The position numbers were made by a program, and so were the translations under genes. A stretch of 56,178 bases of DNA, taken from the IMG/VR virus record IMGVR_UViG_3300031757_000001, positions 1-56,178 of that record. One strand, 5' to 3'. Origin of the DNA: a virus (taxonomy: Duplodnaviria > Caudoviricetes). Within the stretch, counting starts at the first letter, position 1; every line of letters begins with the position of its first letter. This document shows positions 1 through 9,287 of the stretch, piece after piece. The notes under the pieces were generated by a model. It saw only the letters and a list, made by a program, of their open reading frames with translations, ran no database searches and was not told the DNA's origin.

Positions 1-2
1 CG

Positions 3-743
3 CATATTCTATCAAGCCTCAAAGGTTTGTTTGCCCAACATCCCGATACGATTCTTGACGGAGAACTTTACAATCACGAATTGAAAGAAAATTTCAATAA
101 GATTACATCTCTTGTTCGCAAACAAAAACCTGTTAAAGGAAAAAATGACACGGATGCAAGTTTTGCCAAAAAGCAAAAAGCCTTTGCCGAAAGACTTGAA
201 GAAGCAAGAACGACAATCCAATATTGGATATACGATACTCCACAAATTAACATTTTAGATAGTAGCACAAAATTTTCCTTGCGATTGGAGGAGTTGAATT
301 CTCTTTTCCCACAAAATGATTCTTTGGTTCTCGTCTCAACATCGCAAATTCATAGCGAGAAAGGTTTGGACGAAATGTACGGAGTGTACCTTGAGGATGG
401 GTATGAAGGTCAAATGATTCGTACTAATTCGCCATATGATGAAAACAAGAGAAGCAAAACCTTGTTAAAGAGAAAAGACTTTCAAGATGCAGAATACAAA
501 GTAATCGACATTGAAGAAGGTAATGGCAATAGAAGGGGTACTTGCAAGCATTTAGTTTGTTTTTGCCCAACTACCCAAAAAACATTTAATTCTAATGTAA
601 AAGGTTCTTGGGAATATCTTAAAGAGATATTGGATAATAAAGATCAATATATTGGCAAGGAAGCTACAATAAAATTCTTTCAACTTACGCCCGATGGTAT
701 ACCGAGATTTCCGTTTGCAATAGCATTCAGAGATTACGAATAA
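3..743 (+). CDS. ATP-dependent DNA ligase, C-terminal part (5' end lies outside the window)
   Basis: Frame is open from the window start. Ligase motifs LDGELY (III), YEGQMIR (IV), LLKRK (V) and IPRFP (VI). Confidence 0.9.
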   Translation, partial: HILSSLKGLFAQHPDTILDGELYNHELKENFNKITSLVRKQKPVKGKNDTDASFAKKQKAFAERLEEARTTIQYWIYDTPQINILDSSTKFSLRLEELNSLFPQNDSLVLVSTSQIHSEKGLDEMYGVYLEDGYEGQMIRTNSPYDENKRSKTLLKRKDFQDAEYKVIDIEEGNGNRRGTCKHLVCFCPTTQKTFNSNVKGSWEYLKEILDNKDQYIGKEATIKFFQLTPDGIPRFPFAIAFRDYE

Positions 744-887
744 GGCTTGACTTTACTGACAAAACAAAGTATAATGTCTTATAACAAGAGAGGAAAAAGA
801 ATGAATGGAATTATTGATATACTTAATATCGTTTGGAATAATGTATTGGTACTTAATGAACTTAGATAACTAAACAAAGGAAAAAAC

Positions 888-1472
888 ATGATAGACCCAA
901 AAAAAGTAACTAACTATAATCGAACTCAATGGCAACTACAAGAGTTTTTGCTATACTGCATATGTGTCGCAGGAAAAAAGAGTGAGATTGAAACACGCAA
1001 ACTAGACACATTTCTAGAAGGAGCAAGAGACCAAAGTCTGTACCCATTTGACTATATTAGGCATTTAAGGGCAACGGGCGATTTGGTTGATGAATTGGCA
1101 CGATGCAAGATTGCACCTTATAAGGCAAGACTTAATTCATTTGAAGATTGTGCAGATTTAATGCCCGATGACTTGATTGGAATTACGATTAAAGAATTGC
1201 AAGAGGTTCGTGGAATTAGCACCAAGACTTCGAGGTTCTTTCTTACTCACTCAAGCGAGGACTATGATGAGCCTGTTTTAGATACCCATATTTTGCGGTA
1301 CTTGCGTGATCTTGGGTACAAGAATGTACCAAAGGCAACGCCCCAAAATCCCAATATCTACGAAAAGTTTGCAACCATGTTCAAGCGTTTGGCTAATTTT
1401 GAAGGCATGAGTGTGGCAGATTTCGATCTGAAGATTTGGAAAGAGTATTCATATGGAAAGCAAATATCCTAA
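888..1472 (+). CDS. HhH-superfamily DNA glycosylase-like protein (8-oxoG glycosylase/AP-lyase-like)
   Basis: HhH-like VRGISTKTSRFFL with conserved Lys, followed by VLDTHILR with conserved Asp. Confidence 0.65.
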   Translation: MIDPKKVTNYNRTQWQLQEFLLYCICVAGKKSEIETRKLDTFLEGARDQSLYPFDYIRHLRATGDLVDELARCKIAPYKARLNSFEDCADLMPDDLIGITIKELQEVRGISTKTSRFFLTHSSEDYDEPVLDTHILRYLRDLGYKNVPKATPQNPNIYEKFATMFKRLANFEGMSVADFDLKIWKEYSYGKQIS

Positions 1473-1593
1473 ATATAGGAGGATTAAATATGGCTCAAAG
1501 ATGGAAGCATAAGTTGCGTAAAAAGATTTTGTACGGAAAACCAAAACCCAAGCCCAAGAAATACGACTTTTGAATTCGGTTGTCATCATGTCG

Positions 1594-1626
1594 ATCCCTC
1601 ACTCTACGGAGTGGGGGATTTTTTTT
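1594..1626 (+). terminator. Rho-independent terminator
   Basis: Stem ATCCCTCACTC-TACG-GAGTGGGGGAT followed by a T run. Confidence 0.8.
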
Positions 1627-1744
1627 GCAGGTGATATATTACATAAGTGCTTGACTATCAACGACTTGCGCGAGCGGCCGCCGCCGCTGTAAACCCTTGG
1701 TGGGCAGGAGGTTACGACTATTTTTAATTTTATCAAAAAAAGAC

Positions 1745-1778
1745 TTGACTTTGCGCCGTTTTCTGTCATACTATATAT
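1745..1778 (+). promoter_or_regulatory. sigma70-type early promoter, leaderless (representative of many)
   Basis: TTGACT-N16-CATACT with an upstream TG, then 6 nt to ATG 1779. Near-identical promoters at ~3414, ~5740, 6926 and ~9516, and many TTGAC variants on both strands up to 18.8 kb. Confidence 0.75.
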
Positions 1779-2186
1779 ATGATACGAACAAAAAGGGAAG
1801 AAAGATACGAAATTGATTTTGGTCGAGAGGTTTTTGTCTACAAGAATCTCCATAAGGATTGTTGGAGCATAAAGCAGGATGGTTTAGTAAAAGCCCATAC
1901 GGACGATGTTACCCTTTACAATGTAAACATGAAGGTAAACCAAAAGGGTAGGAAAAGAGTTCTTAGGGAAAAAAGAAAAAATGTCCATGCAGGAATCAAA
2001 GGCTATCTCAGCCATAAATTTTTCTCGGATGTTTGGGATGATATTGCAGAAACTGAGCTTACAGAAATCACTTACAACCCGTACAAGTATGCGTCTTTCG
2101 TGGATAAGGCTACAGAAAAGCCTAGATGGTTTGCTTGTATCGCTAAACTGAATAAAAAATCTGTTTTTGTTGAAAAAAACGCTTGA
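1779..2186 (+). CDS. Phage hypothetical protein (VYKNLHK / RKNVHAG motifs)
   Basis: 135-aa ORF directly after a promoter; motifs recalled from conserved phage hypothetical proteins. Confidence 0.75.
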   Translation: MIRTKREERYEIDFGREVFVYKNLHKDCWSIKQDGLVKAHTDDVTLYNVNMKVNQKGRKRVLREKRKNVHAGIKGYLSHKFFSDVWDDIAETELTEITYNPYKYASFVDKATEKPRWFACIAKLNKKSVFVEKNA

Positions 2187-2244
2187 CAAAACCCCGAAAA
2201 TTTGAGATAATATACTTATAACAATAAAAAAAGGATAATTAAAA

Positions 2245-3021
2245 ATGGTTAATATAATAGACACGACTGAGATTCAATCTCCAAAAGTAAATCTTAACAT
2301 CTGTGGTGGCAATCACACGAGGGTTGATTTGAGCGAAGTTGCTCAAGTTGGAACTCCCGAAGCTACAGAAACTTGGCGTCCAATTGGACATACCTTTCTA
2401 ATCGACAAGGTGCAGTCTCGTTTGGCAGACAGAGGTTTTGAGGTTTTGGGTGAATCCCACAATCTTGCCCGAAATGGTCAAAGGTACTTTGGTTTGTTTC
2501 AAGTATCCCACAAGGATAGAGAGAATAACGAACGAGGCACAATCGTTGGATTGCGGAATGCTCACGATAAGTGTTTTCCTGCAGGATTATGTGCAGGAGA
2601 TGCACCATTCGTTTGCGACAATCTCATTTTTCACAATGAGGTAACACTTGCCCGAAGGCACACCAAGAATATTCTGAATGACCTTGACCAAGTTATTTCT
2701 CGGACGCTTGGAAAGTTGTTCGGAATGTGGAACAAGCAAGACAATCGGATCGAGGCTTATTCTCAATTTGAGCTAGAAGATTCCCAAGTGAACGACCTTG
2801 TTGTTCGTTCTTGTAAGGCAGGAGCATTACCCAAGTCAAAGATTATGGATGTCGTTGAGCAATGGCAAGATTCTGACCACGATGAGTTTTCTCATAGGAA
2901 CATGAATTCGCTTTACAACGGATTCACCGAAATCTACAAGGGAAATCTTATGGCTCTTCCGAAGCGTTCTGAAGCATTGCACTCTGTGCTTGACGCTGAA
3001 GTTGGATTTGCAATAAACTAA
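2245..3021 (+). CDS. DUF932-family protein
   Basis: GLRNAHDK and FVCDNL motifs, C-terminal SLYNGFTE. Confidence 0.75.
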   Translation: MVNIIDTTEIQSPKVNLNICGGNHTRVDLSEVAQVGTPEATETWRPIGHTFLIDKVQSRLADRGFEVLGESHNLARNGQRYFGLFQVSHKDRENNERGTIVGLRNAHDKCFPAGLCAGDAPFVCDNLIFHNEVTLARRHTKNILNDLDQVISRTLGKLFGMWNKQDNRIEAYSQFELEDSQVNDLVVRSCKAGALPKSKIMDVVEQWQDSDHDEFSHRNMNSLYNGFTEIYKGNLMALPKRSEALHSVLDAEVGFAIN

Positions 3022-3032
3022 GGAATAAAATT

Positions 3033-3248
3033 ATGAAGTTAGAAAAAGTACTAGAAAATCACAAAGGTAGATTTGTATCTCTTCTCGTCCAAAGGGGCGA
3101 TGAGCGTAAACGCCATTCCGTTAAAGTCGGAGCAAGCAATAAGCTTATTTGCTTTAGGGATATGAACGCGGGAAACCGCCGCGTCGTTCCTGATCAAATA
3201 CTCAAGGCTAAGTGTGGCGGAGCTGTATTTGTCAGTAAGTCGGTCTAG
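3033..3248 (+). CDS. Hypothetical protein
   Basis: 71-aa ORF between the DUF932 gene and a terminator. Confidence 0.6.
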   Translation: MKLEKVLENHKGRFVSLLVQRGDERKRHSVKVGASNKLICFRDMNAGNRRVVPDQILKAKCGGAVFVSKSV

Positions 3249-3276
3249 GTTGTAACGTCGCACATGCGGCGCAACG

Positions 3277-3311
3277 AAGGGTCCACTGAGTATTCGGTGG
3301 GCCCTTTTTTT
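3277..3311 (+). terminator. Rho-independent terminator
   Basis: AAGGGTCCACTGA-GTAT-TCGGTGGGCCCTT plus T run, abutting repeat copy 2. Confidence 0.8.
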
Positions 3312-3448
3312 GTAAGCTGTTGCCAGTGAAGGGCTTGCGAACGCGGGGGCCGATGCCGCAAGTTGTTGGCTAACAAGGGGTAATGACTATTTTTTTATTT
3401 TACAAAAAAAAGCTTGACTTCGGGGTGGTTTCTGTCATAATTATAGTT

Positions 3449-3652
3449 ATGACAATTACAGAGTTAACCAAAGAAGATTTGCAGGTCATTTTCGATGTCC
3501 TCAATGTTTACGACCCGAACGACATTCAACAGGTTTATCCCGAAATGGGAGAAAAAGAATTCCTAGACGGAGTGACAACTGCGTGGAGGAAGATTCTTTC
3601 CGTTTTGGATGAGACCACAAAAAGCCGACAACAATTCAAACTAGGAGTATAA
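3449..3652 (+). CDS. Hypothetical protein (leaderless start MTITELT)
   Basis: ATG 7 nt after the -10 box CATAAT. The ORF-track start lies upstream of the promoter. Confidence 0.65.
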   Translation: MTITELTKEDLQVIFDVLNVYDPNDIQQVYPEMGEKEFLDGVTTAWRKILSVLDETTKSRQQFKLGV

Positions 3653-3655
3653 AAA

Positions 3656-4066
3656 ATGGGACTAGATCAATACGCATACGCAACGCCTCAAGAAACAGAG
3701 GAACAAGAAGAACTAGCTTACTGGCGTAAGCATAACCGACTACAAGGTTGGATGGAAGAACTTTGGGAGGATAAGGGTAGACCGAATTTTAACGATGTTG
3801 AAAATCCAATGGGAGACTTTAATTGTCAACCCCTTGAACTCACACATACAGATCTTGAGCAACTTGAGGCAGAGATAACGAACAAGACTTTACCCGAAAC
3901 AGGTGGGTTCTTTTTCGGAGACGATAGTTTCGATTGGGAAAGCGAAGATGGTAAACCTTTTGAAGAAGGGGATTACTTCTATAAGTTGACTGATTTGAAG
4001 TTTGTCCAAGATGCTCGCAAGGCAATTGAGGACGGAAAAAAGGTTTATTACAATTGTTGGTGGTAA
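3656..4066 (+). CDS. Conserved phage hypothetical protein (MGLDQY / YWRKHN family)
   Basis: N-terminal MGLDxY, YWRK, GFFFG and a terminal YYxxWW. Confidence 0.8.
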   Translation: MGLDQYAYATPQETEEQEELAYWRKHNRLQGWMEELWEDKGRPNFNDVENPMGDFNCQPLELTHTDLEQLEAEITNKTLPETGGFFFGDDSFDWESEDGKPFEEGDYFYKLTDLKFVQDARKAIEDGKKVYYNCWW

Positions 4067-4113
4067 GCAATAAAAAGCTTGACAATTCACATAAAATTTG
4101 AGAGAATTATATA

Positions 4114-4284
4114 ATGCAAACAATAGACATTACACCAAAATGGGAGGCACTTATACCTGCGATGGTTCAAGTCCTCAGAAACCCAAAAGCCAACTTCGAG
4201 TCCATTAAAGGCATTACCGAGGAACTTACTCGTCTTGCAAAGATTGTGGATACTCAAAATGAGAAAAACAAAAATGAACGATAA
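4114..4284 (+). CDS. Small hypothetical protein (MQTIDITPKW)
   Basis: 56-aa ORF translated by hand directly after a TTGACA promoter; below the ORF-track cutoff. Confidence 0.55.
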   Translation: MQTIDITPKWEALIPAMVQVLRNPKANFESIKGITEELTRLAKIVDTQNEKNKNER

Positions 4285-4603
4285 AGTAGAGCAACCTGTT
4301 AATTCTTATACCGAGTTTGAAAAGCTCGCATGGATTTCTGATAAACAAATTCCGACAGTTGACTCAGAGGTCAATGTCAAGATCAATGGTATCGGTCGCT
4401 CCAAAGTCCTCAAGTACTTTGTTGAGCATGGTTTCATTGGATTGCTTGTTCAACCTTTGAATCCCCCAACTTGGTACATCAAGCAAAATGGTGCGAATGA
4501 ACCTTGCCATGTTTACCCTGCCGAATGTCTTGAGCTTGAGGTTCGTGACGAAGAAGGTAAGGTTGACTCTGAATTTTACGACAAATCTTTAACAACTGCT
4601 TAA
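4274..4603 (+). CDS. Hypothetical protein
   Basis: ORF from MNDKVEQ, overlapping the end of the upstream gene. Confidence 0.65.
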   Translation: MNDKVEQPVNSYTEFEKLAWISDKQIPTVDSEVNVKINGIGRSKVLKYFVEHGFIGLLVQPLNPPTWYIKQNGANEPCHVYPAECLELEVRDEEGKVDSEFYDKSLTTA

Positions 4604-4615
4604 GAGAGTATACTT

Positions 4616-4840
4616 ATGACAAACGAAGAGATAAGAGAACAAATCCAAGAAAACATCATTGCCTACATTGATAGTAAGGCATTCCTTCACGCAGAACAAT
4701 TCAAAGATGACCTTTGCCAAATTGTAGTCGATTGTTTTGCTGAAGATAAAAAGAAGGAGAATAATGCCGACAGATATTACTATCACCCCGAAGAGGTTTT
4801 TAACCGAGAATGGTTTGAGCGAAACAATTCCAAACTTTAG
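4616..4840 (+). CDS. Hypothetical protein
   Basis: 74-aa ORF in operon context. Confidence 0.55.
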   Translation: MTNEEIREQIQENIIAYIDSKAFLHAEQFKDDLCQIVVDCFAEDKKKENNADRYYYHPEEVFNREWFERNNSKL

Positions 4841-4877
4841 GCTTGACAAAACCCCGAAAATTTGGGAGAATATACTT

Positions 4878-5096
4878 ATGAATTATTCAACAGATGAACA
4901 CGAATATACTGAATTAAAAGCTCAGTTTCACCAAGAAAGAATGCTTGAGCCAACTGAGCCACATGATGGGGGCTATCTTTTGGTTGATGACAACCAAGTG
5001 GAAGAACCCGTAGCATTTCGCTCTGTCGATGGAGCAGTTGATTGGAGTGGGTGTTACGAAAATTATACAGTTTACCAACTGAAGAAAGTTTTATGA
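4878..5096 (+). CDS. Hypothetical protein (leaderless, MNYSTDE)
   Basis: ATG directly after a TTGACA promoter nearly identical to the one at ~2183. Confidence 0.6.
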   Translation: MNYSTDEHEYTELKAQFHQERMLEPTEPHDGGYLLVDDNQVEEPVAFRSVDGAVDWSGCYENYTVYQLKKVL

Positions 5097-5293
5097 ACAA
5101 GACACAAGTATTAACAGGCGACCAAATCACGCAATACAGAGCAAGGGTATTGCAGAAGGCGTTATGGCTAGAACTCAAGGGAATGCAAAGGAGAGGACAA
5201 TCGGCTTACTCCATCATAAAGCAGGAGTTTGGGCTAAAGGGTAATAAGCAATCCGTACACGACCAACTAAAGGAGATTCTCGATGGACAGTAA
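5093..5293 (+). CDS. Hypothetical protein
   Basis: ATGA overlap with the upstream stop; MNKTQV start. Confidence 0.6.
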   Translation: MNKTQVLTGDQITQYRARVLQKALWLELKGMQRRGQSAYSIIKQEFGLKGNKQSVHDQLKEILDGQ

Positions 5294-5570
5294 AATGAGT
5301 TTTGAGGCAGGTTATGTAGATGCGGTTTGTGCGAGGGATGAATTGGGCGTTATGCCTCCTTTGGATAGACCAACATACGATGATGACGCAGAAATGTGGG
5401 AATTGTGGTTTGAATACTTTGACCCATATGAAGGCTCTAACGACTTGGTTTGCTTGCCATTTGAGACTATTGAGGAAGCTCAAAAAGTAATTCGGGATAT
5501 TCAAACCGAACGATTCGGCAATCAGAAATTACTTGACGAAAAAAAAGAGAAAGCTAAAAAGGAGAAATAG
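5283..5570 (+). CDS. Hypothetical acidic protein
   Basis: 95-aa ORF overlapping the upstream gene. Confidence 0.6.
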   Translation: MDSKMSFEAGYVDAVCARDELGVMPPLDRPTYDDDAEMWELWFEYFDPYEGSNDLVCLPFETIEEAQKVIRDIQTERFGNQKLLDEKKEKAKKEK

Positions 5571-5773
5571 GGGCGAGCCAAATATGGGGCAAATATACCC
5601 CTTGGTCCGCTCTCTACCTCAGATTCAATTAAGATACCTAACGCTTTCGTAGTCAACGACTTATGGAGGCGGGGGCCGCGCCCGTAACCTATTGACAGTC
5701 AAGGTGTTGCAACTATTTTTAATTAAACAAATTTTTTGCTTGACTTACAGGGGGAATCTGTCATACTATAGGT

Positions 5774-5929
5774 ATGATTAACAGTAAAGACAGAATGAAA
5801 GAATTCAATAAACTTCCTCCAAACACAATTGCTTGGGAAACCTTTAAGCGACTAGTCGGTCAATTCGGGCTTGAAGGTGGAATTGAAAAAGCAAAAAAGA
5901 TTACGAAAAAGCTTGACAAGCAAGGCTAA
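5774..5929 (+). CDS. Small hypothetical protein (MINSKDR)
   Basis: Leaderless ATG after TTGACT-N16-CATACT; translated by hand. Confidence 0.5.
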   Translation: MINSKDRMKEFNKLPPNTIAWETFKRLVGQFGLEGGIEKAKKITKKLDKQG

Positions 5930-5947
5930 TTGTACTATTATAAAGGC

Positions 5948-6670
5948 ATGATTAAAACAACTCTACTCACGGCAGGAAATGCCAAAATTGTTAAAGGCGA
6001 AGCTTTCGGATATATGACCAAAGGCATCCATCTTGCTCCTGCAAATCTTTCGGGCTATGAAGCTTGTCAATGGCGTAGCAAAGGATGCACAATGGCTTGT
6101 TTGAATACTGCGGGTCGTGGTCAGCAAAATTCTGTCCAAGATTCACGCATTGCAAAGACAAAGTTGTTCTTTGAGCAAAAGCTTGCGTTCATGGAAAAGC
6201 TTGCAAAGGAAATTGCTTCGGGCATTAAGTCAGCAATCAAGAAAGAAATGACTGCGGTTTTTCGCCCTAACCTTACAAGTGACTTGACTTGGGAAAACAT
6301 CGAAGATGAAGATGGGCAAACTCTTATGCAAAAGTTTCCCGACACGCAATTTTATGACTACACCAAGTCGTTTATGCGTATGGCTCAATTTATCAATCGC
6401 AATCCCGATTTTCCTAGTAACTACCATTTGACCTTCTCTCGTTCAGAGAATAACCAAAAGCTCGTTGAGATGGTTTTGCAAATGGGTGGTAATGTTGCGG
6501 TCGTCTTTCGTGGTCAACTCCCCAAGACTTGGAAGGGTTACGAAGTCATAAATGGTGACGAAAATGATTTGCGTTTTTTGGACAAGCAAGGTGTGATTGT
6601 CGGTCTTATCGAAAAGGGTCTTGCGAAAAAGGATGAGACAGGATTTGTGCAGGAAGGGATAAATTCATAA
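5948..6670 (+). CDS. Phage gp88-like protein (Cys-containing, radical-SAM-like)
   Basis: C..GC...CL, FYDYTK, YHLTFSRSE and DLRFLD motifs. Confidence 0.75.
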   Translation: MIKTTLLTAGNAKIVKGEAFGYMTKGIHLAPANLSGYEACQWRSKGCTMACLNTAGRGQQNSVQDSRIAKTKLFFEQKLAFMEKLAKEIASGIKSAIKKEMTAVFRPNLTSDLTWENIEDEDGQTLMQKFPDTQFYDYTKSFMRMAQFINRNPDFPSNYHLTFSRSENNQKLVEMVLQMGGNVAVVFRGQLPKTWKGYEVINGDENDLRFLDKQGVIVGLIEKGLAKKDETGFVQEGINS

Positions 6671-6828
6671 TGGATTACTACGAGTCAGCCGAGGGTTTGA
6701 CCATAACAAGAGATAGAGCATTGCAAGAGGTGCGTAGTCACGGAGCGTGCATTTATTGGTTTTTCCATGAAGTGGGTCGCAAAAAAGAATATTCCGCACA
6801 AGAGGTTCTTGATTGGTTAGGCTACTAA
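6670..6828 (+). CDS. Small hypothetical protein (MDYYESAEG...DWLGY)
   Basis: 52-aa ORF with TAATG overlap; its stop is the TAA inside repeat copy 4. Confidence 0.65.
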   Translation: MDYYESAEGLTITRDRALQEVRSHGACIYWFFHEVGRKKEYSAQEVLDWLGY

Positions 6829-6990
6829 GTTATTGATAGTCAGGCACTTGCGTGCGCGGGGGCCGCGTGGCTAAACCCTTGTCGCCCAACGCTTTACAAC
6901 TATCTTTAGTTTCATGAAAAAAAGCTTGACTTTGGGGTCGATTCTGTCATACTATAGGTATAGTTCTTTTGATAGTTTAAGTATTTTTGT

Positions 6991-7115
6991 GGGGTTGTAG
7001 CTCAGTTGGTTAGAGCCTTGTCCTCCTTCATCGTGAAATTCTAGATAAATTAGCGAACGGCTTAATTATCCGTGGAGCAAACAAGAGGTCGGTGGTTCGA
7101 ATCCACCCAACCCCT
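6991..7115 (+). tRNA. tRNA-like RNA with a ~50-nt structured insertion in the anticodon arm; isotype unassignable; no encoded CCA
   Basis: Acceptor GGGGTTG/CAACCCC, D arm GCTC-AGTTGGTTA-GAGC, stem CTTGT/ACAAG, variable AGGTC, T arm GGTGG-TTCGAAT-CCACC. 59 nt replace the 7-nt anticodon loop. Confidence 0.75.
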
Positions 7116-7116
7116 G

Positions 7117-7191
7117 CTCTTTCTGTAGATGCGAAAGCATTGAACAACGAGGCGTCAGCACACGCCTACAACCTTCGGGAGAGAGAAAGAG
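7117..7191 (+). ncRNA. Putative structured RNA (multi-branch junction)
   Basis: Closing stem CTCTTTCT/AGAAAGAG; hairpins ATGC-GAAA-GCAT, AGGCGT-N6-ACGCCT and CC-TTCG-GG. Confidence 0.5.
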
Positions 7192-7201
7192 GTTCACAAT
7201 T

Positions 7202-7297
7202 TTGAGAGTCCAGTACGAAGCCTAGTAGGACAGGAGAATGTGTCACATCGTCAGTAAGATGGCGTAGGATTTATTGCGGTGGCTACGCAACTCTCAA
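7202..7297 (+). ncRNA. Putative structured RNA
   Basis: Closing stem TTGAGAG/CTCTCAA; internal hairpins CGTCA/TGGCG and TTGCG/CGCAA; no ORF. Confidence 0.4.
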
Positions 7298-7379
7298 TTC
7301 ACTTTATATTTCAAAGAAAAAGCTTGACAACTGCCCCATAATTTCATAGAATATATACATAATTAAAAAAAGGAAAACT

Positions 7380-7634
7380 ATGTACAGAATTGATGACGAA
7401 AACGAACACTTGAACATTGACGATAATATAGGAGCGGAAGTTGCAATGGACGCTTGTATGGGGGCAATACATGAGTTACTGCTCGATCCAATGATAGCAA
7501 AGGACGAGCTTTCCGCAGAGGATGGAGTTCTGTTTGCTGTAATAGGACAGACCTTAAAGACTATTGCCTTGAAGGCTCAAGCCTACGAAGATGTTTACGA
7601 GAAGGGTATTTTACCCAAAAATTCTCAAAATTAA
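7380..7634 (+). CDS. Hypothetical protein
   Basis: 84 aa, own promoter and AAGGA upstream. Confidence 0.65.
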   Translation: MYRIDDENEHLNIDDNIGAEVAMDACMGAIHELLLDPMIAKDELSAEDGVLFAVIGQTLKTIALKAQAYEDVYEKGILPKNSQN

Positions 7635-7673
7635 CCCTTGACAAACTCTCTTAAATTTGCTATTATATATACA

Positions 7674-7916
7674 ATGAAAAGAATAAAACTAACCGAATAC
7701 GCAAAGTCGCTAATCTCAAAACTTGGTCAATCCATCTTGTTTATTACAGATGAACCAAGGAAGCTAAACCTTCTAAAGAAGTTCAGCTTTCGCTATAAGA
7801 AAAATGGCTTTACCATTAATCGAGTCGTGAAGGCAGTTGATTATGTCAACGCAGTTTCGACAATTCGCACAGAATACCCAAAGGTGGTTGTGCAAGAGAT
7901 TAAGGAGGTTGCTTAG
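7674..7916 (+). CDS. Hypothetical protein (MKRIKL)
   Basis: ATG just after a TTGACA promoter. Confidence 0.6.
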   Translation: MKRIKLTEYAKSLISKLGQSILFITDEPRKLNLLKKFSFRYKKNGFTINRVVKAVDYVNAVSTIRTEYPKVVVQEIKEVA

Positions 7917-8128
7917 TGGAGAATGAGTTCGACTCCCCTTTCGTCCTCACCTGCATTGATGACCTTGCGGTAATTATGCGAAAAAATCATCCTGCCTATA
8001 AAGAGAAAAAGGGAGACAGATATTTGAGTTTGGATTGCGTCCTAGCTAATGAAGGAAAATTAGCAGATATAGCAGATCAATTTCACTACGGAAACAATGA
8101 CCCGATATGGGTTTTAGAAGAAAAATAA
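7916..8128 (+). CDS. Hypothetical protein
   Basis: GTG start overlapping the upstream stop, preceded by AAGGAGG. Confidence 0.6.
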   Translation: MENEFDSPFVLTCIDDLAVIMRKNHPAYKEKKGDRYLSLDCVLANEGKLADIADQFHYGNNDPIWVLEEK

Positions 8129-8130
8129 TT

Positions 8131-8340
8131 ATGTCAGTATCAAAAAACAGTCGATGCTCTGAAATCATGCAAAACATGACTCAAGGCAAGTATGTAAAAC
8201 AAGGAAAATTTGCAGATTACGGGTCTATTCCCGAAGATAGCATTTATTACCACACAAAGCTCGCAGAAAAAGCGGATGCGGAAAGGGCAGAGAGAATTGC
8301 ACAAAGCAAGATAAGGCTTAGGGCAAAAGGTTTGGCATGA
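8131..8340 (+). CDS. Hypothetical protein (MSVSKNSR)
   Basis: Operon context. Confidence 0.6.
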   Translation: MSVSKNSRCSEIMQNMTQGKYVKQGKFADYGSIPEDSIYYHTKLAEKADAERAERIAQSKIRLRAKGLA

Positions 8341-8531
8341 TTGATACGGAACATCATTACCTTGTCATGCAAATACGAGATTTGCTAGAGAAGAAGCTAG
8401 ACCTTACAGTCCGAAATCATGGACTTTGGAGAATTCAAGCCTTAATCCATGACGAACTAGAGGAGAGAGACCTGTTAGAGTCGAGTGGAGAGGTGAAGCT
8501 CCCCGACATGGGTGATCACGCAAATCCCTGA
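8337..8531 (+). CDS. Hypothetical protein
   Basis: ATGA overlap; stop lies inside repeat copy 5. Confidence 0.6.
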   Translation: MIDTEHHYLVMQIRDLLEKKLDLTVRNHGLWRIQALIHDELEERDLLESSGEVKLPDMGDHANP

Positions 8532-8642
8532 TAGCCAGGCACTTACGTGCGCGGGGGGCGCGAGCCCAACTCGTTGATAGCCAACGCCTTGGGACGAAAG
8601 AAAAAGCTTGACATATCTTCGGTAGTGGTGTATGATGTATGT

Positions 8643-8762
8643 ATGATGAAAATTAAGATAAGGAAAACAATGATCTTCACTAAGGCTCGACCTCACAAGC
8701 TGAAGAATAAACTTCTTGAGCGTAAGCAAAAGCACAAGAAAAAGCTTGACAAGGACTCTTAA
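8643..8762 (+). CDS. Small basic protein (RKQKHKK tail); paralog of 14613-14729
   Basis: Leaderless ATG after a promoter; similar to the minus-strand peptide MKVKVRKTII...RKAKHKK. Confidence 0.55.
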   Translation: MMKIKIRKTMIFTKARPHKLKNKLLERKQKHKKKLDKDS

Positions 8763-8948
8763 TTTTGCTATATTATAGGTATGATTAAAAACACAGAACC
8801 TCTCTTTAATTTTAATGTCGTGGCGATTCATCGCAAAACTGGCAAGGTTCAGTTTGTGACCATGCCCGCACCAAGCCAAAAGGACGCAGATGATTTTGTT
8901 GCTGATGTACAGCCCGATTGGATTGTGGTTCGCTCGGGGGAATAATTT

Positions 8949-9287
8949 ATGGAAAAAAAATACGAAGTATTAGAAAACGGAACTTGCTACCCTCACAACT
9001 CTTTCAAGAAGTGTCGTGAGGGCTTAGGGAAAGCTTACGAGAACGCAGAGCAAGCTTTTGAGGAAAAAGGTTGGGAGCTTTGGCAACTTGAAATCGTTTG
9101 CTCTACTTACGATGCTACGGGCAAGGTTGTTTCTTGTGAAGTGATTGAGGAGTTTGATGTACCAAATGAAGGGTATATTGACGAGAGCATGGACGGAGAT
9201 TTCGATTCTGCCATGACTTCTGCAGGCTTAGGAACTGACGAAGATTATGGTAGCTTCGGAGACGAAACCTATGGAGCGGACTTTTGA
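8949..9287 (+). CDS. Acidic hypothetical protein (SAGLGTDEDYG tail)
   Basis: 112-aa ORF with a very acidic C-terminus. Confidence 0.7.
   Translation: MEKKYEVLENGTCYPHNSFKKCREGLGKAYENAEQAFEEKGWELWQLEIVCSTYDATGKVVSCEVIEEFDVPNEGYIDESMDGDFDSAMTSAGLGTDEDYGSFGDETYGADF

Noticed and set aside
6991-7297. tmRNA or group I intron-containing tRNA
   Set aside because: A full D stem is present, the insert is only ~50 nt, and there is no tag reading frame or group I core.
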